Positions 1 through 11,627 of a DNA stretch of 64,000 nucleotides are shown here, one piece after another. The number at the start of each line of letters is the position of its first letter. The first letter of the stretch is position 1. The translations under genes were made by a program, and so were the position numbers. Source of the DNA: Cyanobacteria bacterium P01_D01_bin.156 (GTDB taxonomy: Bacteria; Cyanobacteriota; Cyanobacteriia; Phormidesmidales; Phormidesmidaceae); assembly GCA_039024555.1 (NCBI GenBank), contig JBCCQQ010000001.1, positions 256,001-320,000 of the forward strand. Reading direction: 5' to 3'. The notes beneath the pieces are model-generated. The model saw only the letters and a list, made by a program, of their open reading frames with translations, was not told where the DNA came from and searched no databases.

Positions 1-393
1 ATGGCAAAAGGCGTCAAACGCTCGGGTGGGCGAAAGACCAAAAAAAATATCCCGAATGGTGTTGTCCACATTCAATCGACATTCAATAACACGATTGTCA
101 CCATCACCGACACCAAAGGTGATGCCGTTTCCTGGGCTTCAGCTGGCTCCAGTGGTTTTAAGGGAGCCAAAAAGGGCACTCCTTTTGCTGCTCAGACTGC
201 CGCCGATAGTGCTGCTCGTCGGGCAATGGATCAAGGCATGCGTCAGGTCGAAGTGATGGTGAGTGGCCCCGGCGCTGGTCGTGAAACGGCCATTCGTGCT
301 CTTCAAGGTGCTGGGTTGGAAATCACGCTGATTCGTGATGTTACCCCTATTCCCCACAATGGTTGTCGCCCACCAAAGCGTCGTCGCGTCTAG
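1..393 (+). CDS. rpsK: 30S ribosomal protein S11
   Basis: [26 protein letters not shown] and [18 protein letters not shown] signatures. Confidence 0.99.
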   Translation: MAKGVKRSGGRKTKKNIPNGVVHIQSTFNNTIVTITDTKGDAVSWASAGSSGFKGAKKGTPFAAQTAADSAARRAMDQGMRQVEVMVSGPGAGRETAIRALQGAGLEITLIRDVTPIPHNGCRPPKRRRV

Positions 394-475
394 ATCATTC
401 ATATTTAGGCTTATTGAAGCTTGTTAGCTAACAAATTCGCCGTTAGGCCATAGCGATATAAGAGAGGTTACTGCA

Positions 476-1423
476 GTGGGACAGTTCCAAGTTGAATGTG
501 TGGAATCAATTGTTGAAGATGATCAGAGCCAATTTAGTCGGTTTGTGATCGAGCCCCTTGAGCGCAGTCAAGGTATTACAGTTGGTAATGCTTTACGTAG
601 AGTACTGCTGTCCAACCTAGAAGGAGCAGCTATTACTGCTGTGCGTATGGCAGGAGCAAATCATGAGTTTGCAACAATTCCAGGTGTCCGGGAGGATGTT
701 TTAGACATTATCCTCAATCTGAAAGAGGTCGTTCTAAAGACTTATACCAACCAGCCGCAAATTGGTCGCTTAGCTGTACAAGGCCCAGCAACTGTAACAG
801 CTGCACATTTCGAACTACCCGCTGAAGTTGAGCTCATCAATCCAGATCACTACGTGGCATCCGTTGCCCAAGGGCACACCCTTGAAATGGAATTTCGGGT
901 AGAGAATGGGCACGGATACCGAGCGGTTAGTAATAATCGCGATGAAGCAACTGCATTAGATTTTATGCAGATTGACGCCATTTTTATGCCTGTTCGAAAG
1001 GTTAACTATTCTGTGGAGGAAACGATTGTTGGTGCCGATCAGCCCAAGGATCGTCTCATCATGGAAGTTACGACCAACGGCAGTTTGACTCCTCAGCAGG
1101 CCATGAGTCAGGCAGCTGATGTTTTAGTGGATTTATTTAATCCACTAAAAGATGTGACGCTTGAGCCTAAGCGTGATGAAGATGTTAAGGAAGAAGATAC
1201 AACGTATCAGATTCCGATTGAAGAACTACAGTTGTCCGTCCGTGCTTACAACTGTCTAAAAAGAGCTCAAATCAACTCTGTTTCTGACTTACTTGACTAC
1301 AGTCAAGAGGATCTATTAGAGATTAAAAACTTCGGACAAAAGTCTGCAGAGGAAGTTGTGGAAGCTTTACACTATCGGCTAGGAATTACCTTGCCCTTAG
1401 AGAAACCAGCTAAGTCTTCCTAA
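476..1423 (+). CDS. rpoA: RNA polymerase alpha subunit
   Basis: GITVGNALRRVLLS and IEELQLSVRAYNCLKRA; GTG start with AGAGGT RBS; operon position. Confidence 0.99.
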   Translation: MGQFQVECVESIVEDDQSQFSRFVIEPLERSQGITVGNALRRVLLSNLEGAAITAVRMAGANHEFATIPGVREDVLDIILNLKEVVLKTYTNQPQIGRLAVQGPATVTAAHFELPAEVELINPDHYVASVAQGHTLEMEFRVENGHGYRAVSNNRDEATALDFMQIDAIFMPVRKVNYSVEETIVGADQPKDRLIMEVTTNGSLTPQQAMSQAADVLVDLFNPLKDVTLEPKRDEDVKEEDTTYQIPIEELQLSVRAYNCLKRAQINSVSDLLDYSQEDLLEIKNFGQKSAEEVVEALHYRLGITLPLEKPAKSS

Positions 1424-1460
1424 ACGTATATCAGGGCTTGAATTTGTTCAGGCCATTTTT

Positions 1461-1486
1461 CCGGAGCCCCTAGGCTTCGGTTTTTT
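1461..1486 (+). terminator. Intrinsic terminator-like hairpin between rpoA and rplQ
   Basis: CCGGAGCC-ccta-GGCTTCGG followed by a T run. Confidence 0.5.
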
Positions 1487-1573
1487 AATGTTAACGTTGT
1501 TGGTCTTTCAAGACTTTTTATCTGAGTCGTTAACCAGCACCCCTTTTTGTCTAGCGCTAGCGGAGGAAACAAA

Positions 1574-1924
1574 ATGCGTCATCGTTGTCGTACCCCCCAT
1601 TTAGGTAAACCTGCTGATCAGCGTCGTGCTCTTTTGCGATCGCTAACTACTGAGTTAATTCGCCACGGTCGAATTAAAACTACACTCACCCGCGCCAAAG
1701 CCGTTCGGTCTGAAGCGGAACGAATGATTTCCCTGGCGAAAGAAGGCTCATTAGCAGCTCGCCGTCGGGCTATGGGCTACATGTATGACAAAGATCTTGT
1801 CCATGCATTGTTCGAACAAGCGCCCTCCCGCTATGCCAAGAGGCAGGGAGGATATACCCGTATCGTACGGACCATTAGCCGTCGCGGTGATAATTCTGTC
1901 ATGGCTATCATTGAGCTCACTTAA
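1574..1924 (+). CDS. rplQ: 50S ribosomal protein L17
   Basis: MRHRC...[21 protein letters not shown] and GGYTRI; ATG at 1574 follows GGAGG, so the ORF-track start at 1547 is probably too early. Confidence 0.98.
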   Translation: MRHRCRTPHLGKPADQRRALLRSLTTELIRHGRIKTTLTRAKAVRSEAERMISLAKEGSLAARRRAMGYMYDKDLVHALFEQAPSRYAKRQGGYTRIVRTISRRGDNSVMAIIELT

Positions 1925-1933
1925 GTTCCCTCG

Positions 1934-2812
1934 ATGACTAATCATACGCTTGCTAAACAGCTTGAAGCTGTTCCTAAAGATGCTCAAGGCACCCATCGGG
2001 TAGCCATTGTTGTTCAATATCAAGGAACCCATTTTTACGGTTGGCAGCGTCAGCCCGAAAAGCGTACGGTACAAGGAGAGATTGAAAATGCCATAGAAGC
2101 GTTACTGGAATATAAGGTAACGATCCATGGTGCGGGCAGAACAGACACAGGTGTTCATGCAGCTGCGCAGGTTGCACACTTTGATGCTCCTAAGGTAATT
2201 CCTGCCTATCGTTGGGCAGCTATTCTCAATCATCGTTTGAGTGAGGATATCGTAATTCGAGCTTCTGCTCACGTACCAGATGACTGGCATGCCCAGTATT
2301 CTGCCCAATGGAGACGGTATCGATACACCATTTATACCGATGCCTATCCCAATCTTTTCATTCGCCCCTATGCATGGCACTTTTACCATGAACCTTTGGA
2401 CGAGCGGTTAATGCAGTCAGCATTAACTCCAATGGTGGGGTATCATAATCTAGCTGCGTTTCACCGTGCGGGTTCTAGCCGTTCCCATTCTTGGGTTGAG
2501 TTGCAAGTGGCTAAGTGCTTGCGCAGTGGACCATTTGTTCAAGTTGAGCTGCAGGCTGCTGGTTTTTTATACGGCATGGTACGACTGGTAATGGGCTTAC
2601 TCGTAATGGTAGGTCGAGGTCGTGTAGCTCCTAATGCCTTTACGGACCTTTGGCAATCACAACGTCGTGACTTGGTAAAGCATGCTGCTCCCGCTCGCGG
2701 TCTCTGTCTATTGCGAGTAGGTTATGAACATTTTCCTTTTGCACTGGACGCTTGGTTTGATACCCAACCCAAGATAATGTTGCATTCCTGTGTAGAGGAC
2801 ATAGCTATATAA
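1934..2812 (+). CDS. truA: tRNA pseudouridine(38-40) synthase
   Basis: YQGTHFYGWQRQ, GAGRTDTGVHA and GFLYGMVR motifs. Confidence 0.97.
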   Translation: MTNHTLAKQLEAVPKDAQGTHRVAIVVQYQGTHFYGWQRQPEKRTVQGEIENAIEALLEYKVTIHGAGRTDTGVHAAAQVAHFDAPKVIPAYRWAAILNHRLSEDIVIRASAHVPDDWHAQYSAQWRRYRYTIYTDAYPNLFIRPYAWHFYHEPLDERLMQSALTPMVGYHNLAAFHRAGSSRSHSWVELQVAKCLRSGPFVQVELQAAGFLYGMVRLVMGLLVMVGRGRVAPNAFTDLWQSQRRDLVKHAAPARGLCLLRVGYEHFPFALDAWFDTQPKIMLHSCVEDIAI

Positions 2813-2899
2813 GTCGCTATAAGCATTTGTGAGATATTCCCCTAGCAATTTTGCCAAGCGGTCGCCTTTTCTCCAGTTCGTTGATATCAAAGCCTAAGC

Positions 2900-3331
2900 A
2901 TGTTTAAGACTCCTATTCCAACAATTCAAGAAATCGAGAAAAAGTGGTATGTCGTAGATGCCACTGATAAGCGCCTGGGTCGCTTGGCAACTGAAATTGC
3001 CAGTGTTTTACGAGGAAAAAACAAGCCTACATTTACTCCCAACATGGACACGGGAGACTTTGTGATTGTGGTCAACGCCGAAAAGGTGACCGTTACCGGT
3101 AGAAAACCGGAACAAAAACTGTATCGTCGTCATTCAGGGCGTCCCGGTGGGATGAAAGTTGAGACATTTAATCAGTTGCAGAATAGAATCCCCGAACGCA
3201 TTATTGAGAAGGCTGTGAAGGGAATGCTGCCCAAAAATGCTTTGGGCCGAAAATTGTTTACGAATTTGAAAGTTTATGCAGGCCCTGAGCATCCCCATCA
3301 AGCTCAGCAACCCGAAACTATCAATCTTTAG
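2900..3331 (+). CDS. rplM: 50S ribosomal protein L13
   Basis: [29 protein letters not shown]. Confidence 0.99.
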   Translation: MFKTPIPTIQEIEKKWYVVDATDKRLGRLATEIASVLRGKNKPTFTPNMDTGDFVIVVNAEKVTVTGRKPEQKLYRRHSGRPGGMKVETFNQLQNRIPERIIEKAVKGMLPKNALGRKLFTNLKVYAGPEHPHQAQQPETINL

Positions 3332-3373
3332 ACTTAAGCATTGTTAAAAAGCTTTGAAGGAGAGTAAGTTCAA

Positions 3374-3784
3374 ATGTCAGAAGGTCAATCAGATCGCGTT
3401 GTTTATTGGGGAACAGGTCGTCGTAAATCAGCGATCGCACGTGTTCGCTTAGTACCTGGAGAAGGCAAGCTTGTAGTGAATGGCAAACCTGGTGAGGTTC
3501 ATTTACAGAATAACGCAGCTTACTTGTCAGCAACAAAGGCGCCGCTTGAGACCCTAGGTCTAGAGACTGATTACGATATTTTGGTTAACGTGCGTGGTGG
3601 CGGTCTAACAGGTCAGGCCGATGCCATTAAGCTAGGTGTAGCCCGTGCCCTTTGTGAACTAGATCCTGCTAATCGTTCTCCTCTCAAGATAGAGGGGTAC
3701 CTCACTCGCGATCCTCGTTGTAAGGAACGTAAGAAGTACGGTTTGAAGAAAGCCCGTAAAGCCTCTCAGTTCTCTAAGCGTTAA
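3374..3784 (+). CDS. rpsI: 30S ribosomal protein S9
   Basis: [39 protein letters not shown]. Confidence 0.99.
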   Translation: MSEGQSDRVVYWGTGRRKSAIARVRLVPGEGKLVVNGKPGEVHLQNNAAYLSATKAPLETLGLETDYDILVNVRGGGLTGQADAIKLGVARALCELDPANRSPLKIEGYLTRDPRCKERKKYGLKKARKASQFSKR

Positions 3785-3826
3785 GCTTACTGCCCATTTT
3801 TATTTTTCACTACCCGGATACGACAA

Positions 3827-4066
3827 ATGCCAAAAGCTGATATTCATCCCGAGTGGTATCCCGAAGCTAAGGTTTACTGCGACGGCAAACTAGTTATGAC
3901 TGTGGGTTCTACAAAACCCGAATTGCACGTGGATGTCTGGTCCGGCAACCATCCTTTTTATACCGGTACTCAGAAAATCATCGACACAGAGGGTCGTGTA
4001 GAACGGTTCTTGCGGAAATATGGAATGGCTGACGACAGCAACAAAGACACCGACAAAGCTGAATAG
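3827..4066 (+). CDS. rpmE: 50S ribosomal protein L31
   Basis: MPKADIHPEWY...WSGNHPFYTG...GRVERF. Confidence 0.98.
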   Translation: MPKADIHPEWYPEAKVYCDGKLVMTVGSTKPELHVDVWSGNHPFYTGTQKIIDTEGRVERFLRKYGMADDSNKDTDKAE

Positions 4067-4085
4067 CTGTCAATGCATCGTTTAA

Positions 4086-4120
4086 ATCCGAGGGGTTAAT
4101 CTATCCCTCGGATATTTTTT
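4086..4120 (+). terminator. Intrinsic terminator after rpmE
   Basis: ATCCGAGGG...CCCTCGGAT stem followed by a T run. Confidence 0.7.
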
Positions 4121-4239
4121 ATGTGCTGCATGAATTCAATATATTCATGCATGTATTGCTGCTGTCCCCCAGGGTTTAAGTTGTTTTACCCTTTGAATGG
4201 ACAGTTTCTTTCTTCGGCGTAAGCCTGCTGACACATTGA

Positions 4240-5352
<1,113 letters not shown>

Positions 5353-5404
5353 AGCTGCGGTTGCAGCATCAAAATGGAATCAGCTCAACTAGGAACTGCT
5401 GTAA

Positions 5405-6679
5405 ATGGCAAAATTTTTGCATATTGCCGATATTCATTTAGGCTTTGACCGTTACAACAGTAAAGTCCGAACCACTGACTTTTTTCACACCCTATGGAAC
5501 GTATTTGAACGGTATGCCATTGGAGAGAACGTCGATTTTGTCGTGATTGCTGGTGACTTGTTTGAACATCGGATGATTCAACCCGCTATCCTCAATCAAG
5601 CTCAGCTATGTCTGCAAACGTTACAGGCAGTAAATATTCCTGTTATTGCCATTGAAGGCAATCACGACAATTGCCCCTATGGCACAAAAACTAGCTGGTT
5701 ACGATACCTATCGGACTGGGGATTACTAAAGCTGTTGGAGCCAGGTCAGGGAGAGTCTTTCTACATGCCCTGGGATGAGGATACAAAACGGGGTGGCTAT
5801 ATCGATCTCGATTGTGGTGTCAGAGTTTTAGGGTCGAGTTGGTATGGAGCAGCGGCTCCTAAAGCCCTGGAGCAAATTGCCAACGCGATCTCTACACTCC
5901 CTCCTATTTCTGGCTCCACATTACTCCTCTTTCACCATGGTTTAGAAGGACAAATTGCTCGCTATTCCGGCGCTCTACGTTACAGTGATTTACTACCTTT
6001 AAAGGCAGCTGGCATAGACTATCTAGGATTAGGCCATATCCATAAACATTACGCTGTTGATAATTGGATATTTAATCCTGGGTCTTTAGAAGCAAACAAT
6101 GTTGAGGAAAGCACTTTTGAACGTGGCGCTCTGGTAGTCAACATTGAGAACGGTCATATAGGCACTCAACTAAAAACTGATTATCTTCAACGCCCCATCG
6201 TGCGTCTAGCGCTAAAACTAAGGGGGCAAGAAGCGTTAGAAGATATTGAAGCATTGGCATTAGAACTGGTTGACCGGGAAATTGCAAAAGCGAGTCTAGT
6301 CCCTGAAGTACAACCCATTGTGGAATTACGGATTGAAGGACAGGTAGGATTTGACCGTCTGGAACTAGATACTCGGCAATTACAAACACGATTGCAAGAG
6401 CGATGTAACGCACTTGTTTTTCTACTCAAATACGAAGTGGATATGATGGCCTATGGCAGTCCCCTAGCGGATGATGCCGACCGTCATCAAATCGAGCGTG
6501 AGATTTTTACTGATCTCTTGTCAGCTCACAATGTTTATAAAAAAAGAGCCGAACCATTAGCCACTGGTTTGATTGAACTGAAGGAACAACAGCTACTAGG
6601 CGATAGTGAAGAGACTCTCTACGATGCTGTAGAGCAGATGCTTGATCAGCGCCAAACATCTGCCAAACATTCGCGCTAA
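5405..6679 (+). CDS. sbcD: SbcD/Mre11-family metallophosphoesterase (DNA repair exonuclease)
   Basis: ADIHLG, AGDLF, EGNHD, LGHIH and NPGSLE motifs. Confidence 0.85.
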   Translation: MAKFLHIADIHLGFDRYNSKVRTTDFFHTLWNVFERYAIGENVDFVVIAGDLFEHRMIQPAILNQAQLCLQTLQAVNIPVIAIEGNHDNCPYGTKTSWLRYLSDWGLLKLLEPGQGESFYMPWDEDTKRGGYIDLDCGVRVLGSSWYGAAAPKALEQIANAISTLPPISGSTLLLFHHGLEGQIARYSGALRYSDLLPLKAAGIDYLGLGHIHKHYAVDNWIFNPGSLEANNVEESTFERGALVVNIENGHIGTQLKTDYLQRPIVRLALKLRGQEALEDIEALALELVDREIAKASLVPEVQPIVELRIEGQVGFDRLELDTRQLQTRLQERCNALVFLLKYEVDMMAYGSPLADDADRHQIEREIFTDLLSAHNVYKKRAEPLATGLIELKEQQLLGDSEETLYDAVEQMLDQRQTSAKHSR

Positions 6680-6844
6680 GATTGCGGCACTGGTTACTGT
6701 GTGTCCTAATAGCGTTGCTGCCCTCTAGTATGATTCATCTGCAGGATGTCGGTAAATTGACCCTTTTGACAGATGGCTTCATAACGTAAAGTTTAGCGAT
6801 AGCTATACCCTGAACTGGCGTTAACAACATCAGAGGATATCTGT

Positions 6845-9355
6845 ATGGGTTTAGATCGCTCTCCGGAACAGTTGATTAAGACAGGGCTGGTTGCACTGAA
6901 ACAGCAAAACTACAAGCGTGCGATCGCAACATTTCAAAAGCTGCGTCAGGATCAAACCCTCAATATCAGCTATCGTCTCAAAGCTCAGATGGGACTCATT
7001 CGTACCTATGAAGCCCAAGGCAAGATAGCTCAGGCTGAAAAACTATGCCAACCACTGCTGCAAAGCAGCAGCTCAGCAATCCGCCAGTGGGGACAAAATA
7101 AACTACAGCAGATTAGCGCTCAGGCTACAACGACAGGTGTTCAGCCCCCTAAAAATATAGATAGGGCTCCTGTGCCCGAGACTAGTGGATTCATACCACT
7201 ATCTGGACCAGCTGAAATTCCCGCTATATCAGAATCCGTAGCCAGCAATACGCATATACCTAATACTCAATATGCCGCTAACCAGGTACCAGAAGAGACG
7301 GCTACTCCTGACAATACGGCTACCCAGCGTGAAGAGAAGATACATCCACCAACCACTCAGGTATCGGAGGGGATTAACAACCTTGATGGAGAAAAGAGAA
7401 CATCATTATTTCATTATCACGCTCTAAACGACCGTAACAAAATACAGAACGAGACCTTACCCCCTGGTACAGATGCTGAGACAACAATCAACAAACGTTC
7501 TTTTATTGATTCTAAAAATCAAACACAGGAAGAGTTAGCCGCTTCAGTTGAGAGAATCACATCTAAACAAAATCGTTTACAAACAACAACAACCTCGACA
7601 TCTTATGAACAGGTATCTCAAGGTCCTGAAACATGGCCTACTGGAGAACGCTTAAAGCAAGTCAAATCTTTAGGCAAGGTAGGCACAGGTCGTTTGTGGT
7701 TTACACAATTAACAACCATAGCTTTACTTTTTTGGGTGGTGCGGTGGCTAGTGCAAACAACACTACTCATAAGTCGCAGTTACGTGGGCTTTCTGAATAA
7801 TTTATTGCCATTGCGCATTCCTTTATCACCTATTTTTTGGCAACCACACACTTGGACGGTGGTCGTGAGTTTAGGGCTACTGACCTTAGCATCTTCATGG
7901 CTGTGGCCAATTTTAATTGGCAAACACCAGACGCTACCCAGTGAAGCGCTCAAAGAATACAGTCCAGAAGCTGAGCAGCTACTTAAGCGACTTTGTGCCA
8001 AACGTCGGTGGCAACTACCGACCATGGCAATTCTTCCAACTGACATACCGCTCATCTTTTCTGGTGGATGGCGGCCTCGCTATGGTCGCTTAATGGTGAG
8101 TCAAGGCCTACTAGACTGTGTGGTTGCTGATGAGCTAGCAGCTCTCCTTATGTACGAGATGAGCCACTGGGGTCAATGGGATTGGGTATTCTTTTCAACC
8201 CATGGATTGCTAGTGCAGATATTTCATCGCGGCTACTGGTTTTTAGCGCAGTGGGGGAAATCACGACCAATTTTTCTAAAAGCATCTGCCGGTTTTCTGG
8301 CCAACCTTAGCTATGGTGTGTTCTGGCTATTACTCAAGTTAGGGTGTGGCTTATCTCGCACTCGCGTTCCCTACAGAGACCGCAGCTCTACTGAAATTAC
8401 TGGAAATCCCAATGGACTCCTGAGAGCTTTAGCTAAGCTATCCAAGGCCATGCATCAGACTGTTGAAGCCACCGGATACACTCCACCTCTATTGGAAAGT
8501 CTAGAACTCATGCTACCAGTAGGCCCAACAGAAGCAGCTTCCGTCCATGAGTTTGCCTGGGGGGCATTACATCCGCTACGCCACTGGTTTGCGATCAATA
8601 AAGGGCACCCACCGTTAGGAGATCGACTCTATACATTGGGAGCCTACAGTCGCCATTGGCGCCTCAAACCCAGTGTGAACTTTGCAAGGCTGCAACTGAA
8701 ATATGGCAAACGTTCGGTAACCAGGAAAGATTGGCAAACCTTGATACTCTGGAGCGGTCTATGGTCTGGTGCTGTCATCGGCTTGGCAACAGCTCTATGC
8801 CTTTGGATAGTAGGGGCAATCGCAACGGTGTTAGATTTTTCTTTTTTAGCTTGGCTGTATCGCGATCGCAGCATTCTCATGAGCATGCCCCTAATCGGTG
8901 CAGGTACCGTGCAACTGCTACGCGTTAATCCACTGTTTCCAGAAATCCCCTCTTCATTACCCGTAAATGAACCTACACTGACCGATGGGCAGGCAGATAT
9001 CAAACTCACACCACTCAGTAGTCTACCTATCAAAGTCAATGGCACCTTGACCGGACGCCCAGCGCTAGCAAACTGGCTCGGCCAAGAGTGGCGCCTAAAC
9101 ACTGCCTCTGGAAGCATCAAGCTTGCCTACGTAACCTACTGGGGACCTCTCAGCCATCTACGAGGCTTATCCTCAGCACTACATCAGTCTTTGCAAGTAA
9201 CTGGTTGGTTTCGTCGCGGACATCGCCCTTGGATTGATATTGAACGTTTCAACTACAAAAATAGTACGGAGCAGGCTCAACACCCCCAATGGTCGGTCAT
9301 CGTCAGTATTGGACCACTACTTGCTGGCGTTTGGTTACTCATCAGTGGTGGTTAA
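6845..9355 (+). CDS. TPR plus M48/HtpX-like membrane protease homolog with degenerate Zn motif
   Basis: N-terminal TPR-like helices, low-complexity linker, TM segments; VSQGLL...DELAALLMYEMSH, TGNPNGLLRALAK and HPPLGDR are typical of the M48 family. Confidence 0.75.
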   Translation: MGLDRSPEQLIKTGLVALKQQNYKRAIATFQKLRQDQTLNISYRLKAQMGLIRTYEAQGKIAQAEKLCQPLLQSSSSAIRQWGQNKLQQISAQATTTGVQPPKNIDRAPVPETSGFIPLSGPAEIPAISESVASNTHIPNTQYAANQVPEETATPDNTATQREEKIHPPTTQVSEGINNLDGEKRTSLFHYHALNDRNKIQNETLPPGTDAETTINKRSFIDSKNQTQEELAASVERITSKQNRLQTTTTSTSYEQVSQGPETWPTGERLKQVKSLGKVGTGRLWFTQLTTIALLFWVVRWLVQTTLLISRSYVGFLNNLLPLRIPLSPIFWQPHTWTVVVSLGLLTLASSWLWPILIGKHQTLPSEALKEYSPEAEQLLKRLCAKRRWQLPTMAILPTDIPLIFSGGWRPRYGRLMVSQGLLDCVVADELAALLMYEMSHWGQWDWVFFSTHGLLVQIFHRGYWFLAQWGKSRPIFLKASAGFLANLSYGVFWLLLKLGCGLSRTRVPYRDRSSTEITGNPNGLLRALAKLSKAMHQTVEATGYTPPLLESLELMLPVGPTEAASVHEFAWGALHPLRHWFAINKGHPPLGDRLYTLGAYSRHWRLKPSVNFARLQLKYGKRSVTRKDWQTLILWSGLWSGAVIGLATALCLWIVGAIATVLDFSFLAWLYRDRSILMSMPLIGAGTVQLLRVNPLFPEIPSSLPVNEPTLTDGQADIKLTPLSSLPIKVNGTLTGRPALANWLGQEWRLNTASGSIKLAYVTYWGPLSHLRGLSSALHQSLQVTGWFRRGHRPWIDIERFNYKNSTEQAQHPQWSVIVSIGPLLAGVWLLISGG

Positions 9356-9529
9356 CACCATAGATGAACTAAAAACGAATACTCAATAACAAACACCGGA
9401 CACGGGAAGTTGCACCCAACGCCGAGCAATGTTAACTTTTATTAAAGAGTACTGATTGTCTAGCTCTTGACACACTTTTGTGATGGTCTTCTGTGGTTAG
9501 GCATTGGGTTCTCCTACTCTCAACACAGC

Positions 9530-9560
9530 AAACCAGTCACCATACCGGGGCTGGTTTTTT
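9530..9560 (+). terminator. Intrinsic terminator (possible sRNA 3' end)
   Basis: AAACCAGTC...GGCTGGTTT stem ending in a T run. Confidence 0.65.
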
Positions 9561-10124
9561 ATTAAATATGCTTTCAGTTTTGAGTAAAGTTGCCCCAATG
9601 GATAGAGCAACAATCATTAGGAATTGTCCCAAACATCCATGTACTTTTGCTGGTTTCAGGAAGTTCTCGCATCTGCAATGGGAAACGCTCTAGCAAAGTA
9701 TGTCTTTGCACAGTCTGCTTACAATTTCCTTGATCAGCTTTACCAAAAAAACTCTTGAATAGCTTGGCTTGGTATCAGACAGCGTGATACCTTGATGTTA
9801 TAGAGATACATTCTGTTTCTTGGTTCATTTTAATGAACTACCTCTGATGTTAAAAAAGATAGGCAATTGTCTTAATGGCTACTGTCAGAGGTCATGAGGT
9901 AATTGTGTGAGCTTTCCAGATTAGGTGACTTATTTTGTCAAGTATTTCCTTGATGATTAATAATTCAGACAGTTTTTTGATGCGGTTATCACTATTGAAT
10001 TGTTTGCAGCCATAGCTTCATGTTTTCTTCTAGCCTTACTTAGTTTCCTAGGGTTAACTGGCGCTACGTTTTTAGTGTTTGTCCGATGAAATTGTTTTTT
10101 TAGATTTGTTTAAGAGGTATCTCC

Positions 10125-10568
10125 ATGTCAGTGCGCTTATATATTGGTAATCTTCCCCGTGAACTAGAGCGCGAGGAATTTGAAGCGTTTTTTTCAGAAG
10201 ACACCGACAATATTGTCTCAGTTAAGCTGATTGCTGATAGAAAGACTGGTAAGTGTCGTGGGTTTGGTTTTGTCACTGTTAAAACTGACGAGATTGCCGA
10301 TGCACTTGTAAGTAAGTACAACGGCAACGAACTGCAGGGTGCGACTCTAAAGGTTGAGAAGGCCATGCCTCGGACTAAGGAAAATGAGGCTAATGAAAGT
10401 GGTGGTTCTCAAGGCGGTCGCAATAAAGGTGGTGGTAAGCGTGGTGGTAATCGTAAACCTGCTACGTATTCTTCTCCAGAGCCTGAGAACACTCAACCCG
10501 ATCCTCGGTGGGCCTCTGACTTAGCTAAGTTGAAGGAAATGCTAGCTGCTCAGACAACAGCTTCCTAG
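10125..10568 (+). CDS. RRM RNA-binding protein, class II (Rbp3/RbpG-like)
   Basis: RNP2 LYIGNL, RNP1 RGFGFV, and the C-terminal QPDPRWASDLAKLKEML motif of class II cyanobacterial Rbps. Confidence 0.93.
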   Translation: MSVRLYIGNLPRELEREEFEAFFSEDTDNIVSVKLIADRKTGKCRGFGFVTVKTDEIADALVSKYNGNELQGATLKVEKAMPRTKENEANESGGSQGGRNKGGGKRGGNRKPATYSSPEPENTQPDPRWASDLAKLKEMLAAQTTAS

Positions 10569-10621
10569 TTCATTTAGCATTTGCCCCTCGTCATTTTCCT
10601 GATAAAAATGGTGTTGAAGCG

Positions 10622-10676
10622 TCAATAACAAAATAGGGGAAGTGAAATTATTTCACTTCCCCTATTTTGTTATTGA
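10622..10676. repeat. Perfect long inverted repeat (26-bp arms, TTA loop), probable bidirectional terminator
   Basis: TCAATAACAAAATAGGGGAAGTGAAA-TTA-TTTCACTTCCCCTATTTTGTTATTGA between convergent rbp and crtB. Confidence 0.9.
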
Positions 10677-10697
10677 TGGTCCCTTAAAGAGCTATCT

Positions 10698-11627
10698 CTA
10701 CAGTACACGTGCCCGTAAAAGAGCCGGAGGTAAGCATAACAGCTTACGTACCGTTGGCACAAAAGCTCGTCGGTTAAATACATCGTACTGATTTTCAGCA
10801 ATCACATCCAAAATCTTGCGATAGAGCATCAGAGCAGACCAAACTGGCCAGCGTGCGTCTGGACTGAGTAACGTAATTCCCTCCTCAGCTTGACGATAAA
10901 ACTTTAAGGCCCGTTGAATTTGAAAACGCATCAGAGCACGCCAGCGATCGTCAATAACGCCATTAATCAAGTCACGCTCACTGTAGTTAAATAGCTCTAG
11001 ATCTTCGAGGGGAAGATAGATACGGCCACGCCTGGCATCCTCTCCTACATCGCGTAAAATATTAGTTAGCTGATTAGCAATTCCCAAAGCAACTGCTTCT
11101 TCAATTGGGCAGGGAATTGCGTTTGCCCAGGGTGCCGTATTGTATTCAGGATCCACACCCATCACGACTGTAGACATGAGGCCTACGGTTCCAGCCACAC
11201 GGTAGCAATACAGTTTTAGGTCTTCAAATGTTTCGTAACGAGAACATCTGAGGTCCATACGCTGCCCCTCAATCATATCTCGAAATGGTTGAATCTCTAA
11301 ATCGAAATGATCCAGGGCATCCACCATTGCTACATCGTAGTCATCTTGAGGGTGGCCAGAGAAAACAGCTTCAAGCTGAGCTTCCCAATCATCTAGAGTG
11401 GCTTCGGTGGTAAATTCTGCAGACGGTCCATCCACCAACTCATCTGTACGACGGCACCATACATAGATCGCCCAAATTGCCCTACGTTTTACTTCAGACA
11501 TGAGCATTGTCCCCATGTAAAAGGTCTTTGAGTACTTTGCCGTAATTTGGCGACAGCGCTCATATGACTCTTCTAAGGATGCCAACATGGGGGCAGGAGA
11601 GACAGCGGTAGTGGGTTGCAACAGCAT
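10698..11627 (-). CDS. crtB: Phytoene synthase
   Basis: YSKTFY, WCRRTDELVDG, YCYRVAGTVGLM, NQLTNILRDVGEDARRGRIYLP; likely start MLLQ at 11627. Confidence 0.97.
   Translation of the reverse strand: MLLQPTTAVSPAPMLASLEESYERCRQITAKYSKTFYMGTMLMSEVKRRAIWAIYVWCRRTDELVDGPSAEFTTEATLDDWEAQLEAVFSGHPQDDYDVAMVDALDHFDLEIQPFRDMIEGQRMDLRCSRYETFEDLKLYCYRVAGTVGLMSTVVMGVDPEYNTAPWANAIPCPIEEAVALGIANQLTNILRDVGEDARRGRIYLPLEDLELFNYSERDLINGVIDDRWRALMRFQIQRALKFYRQAEEGITLLSPDARWPVWSALMLYRKILDVIAENQYDVFNRRAFVPTVRKLLCLPPALLRARVL

Noticed and set aside
5405..6679. SbcD as part of a defence system
   Set aside because: No adjacent SMC ATPase, HerA/NurA or other partner; it sits in a housekeeping context after prfA.
9493..9693. 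66-aa ORF
   Set aside because: Runs through a terminator, has no RBS and is not protein-like.
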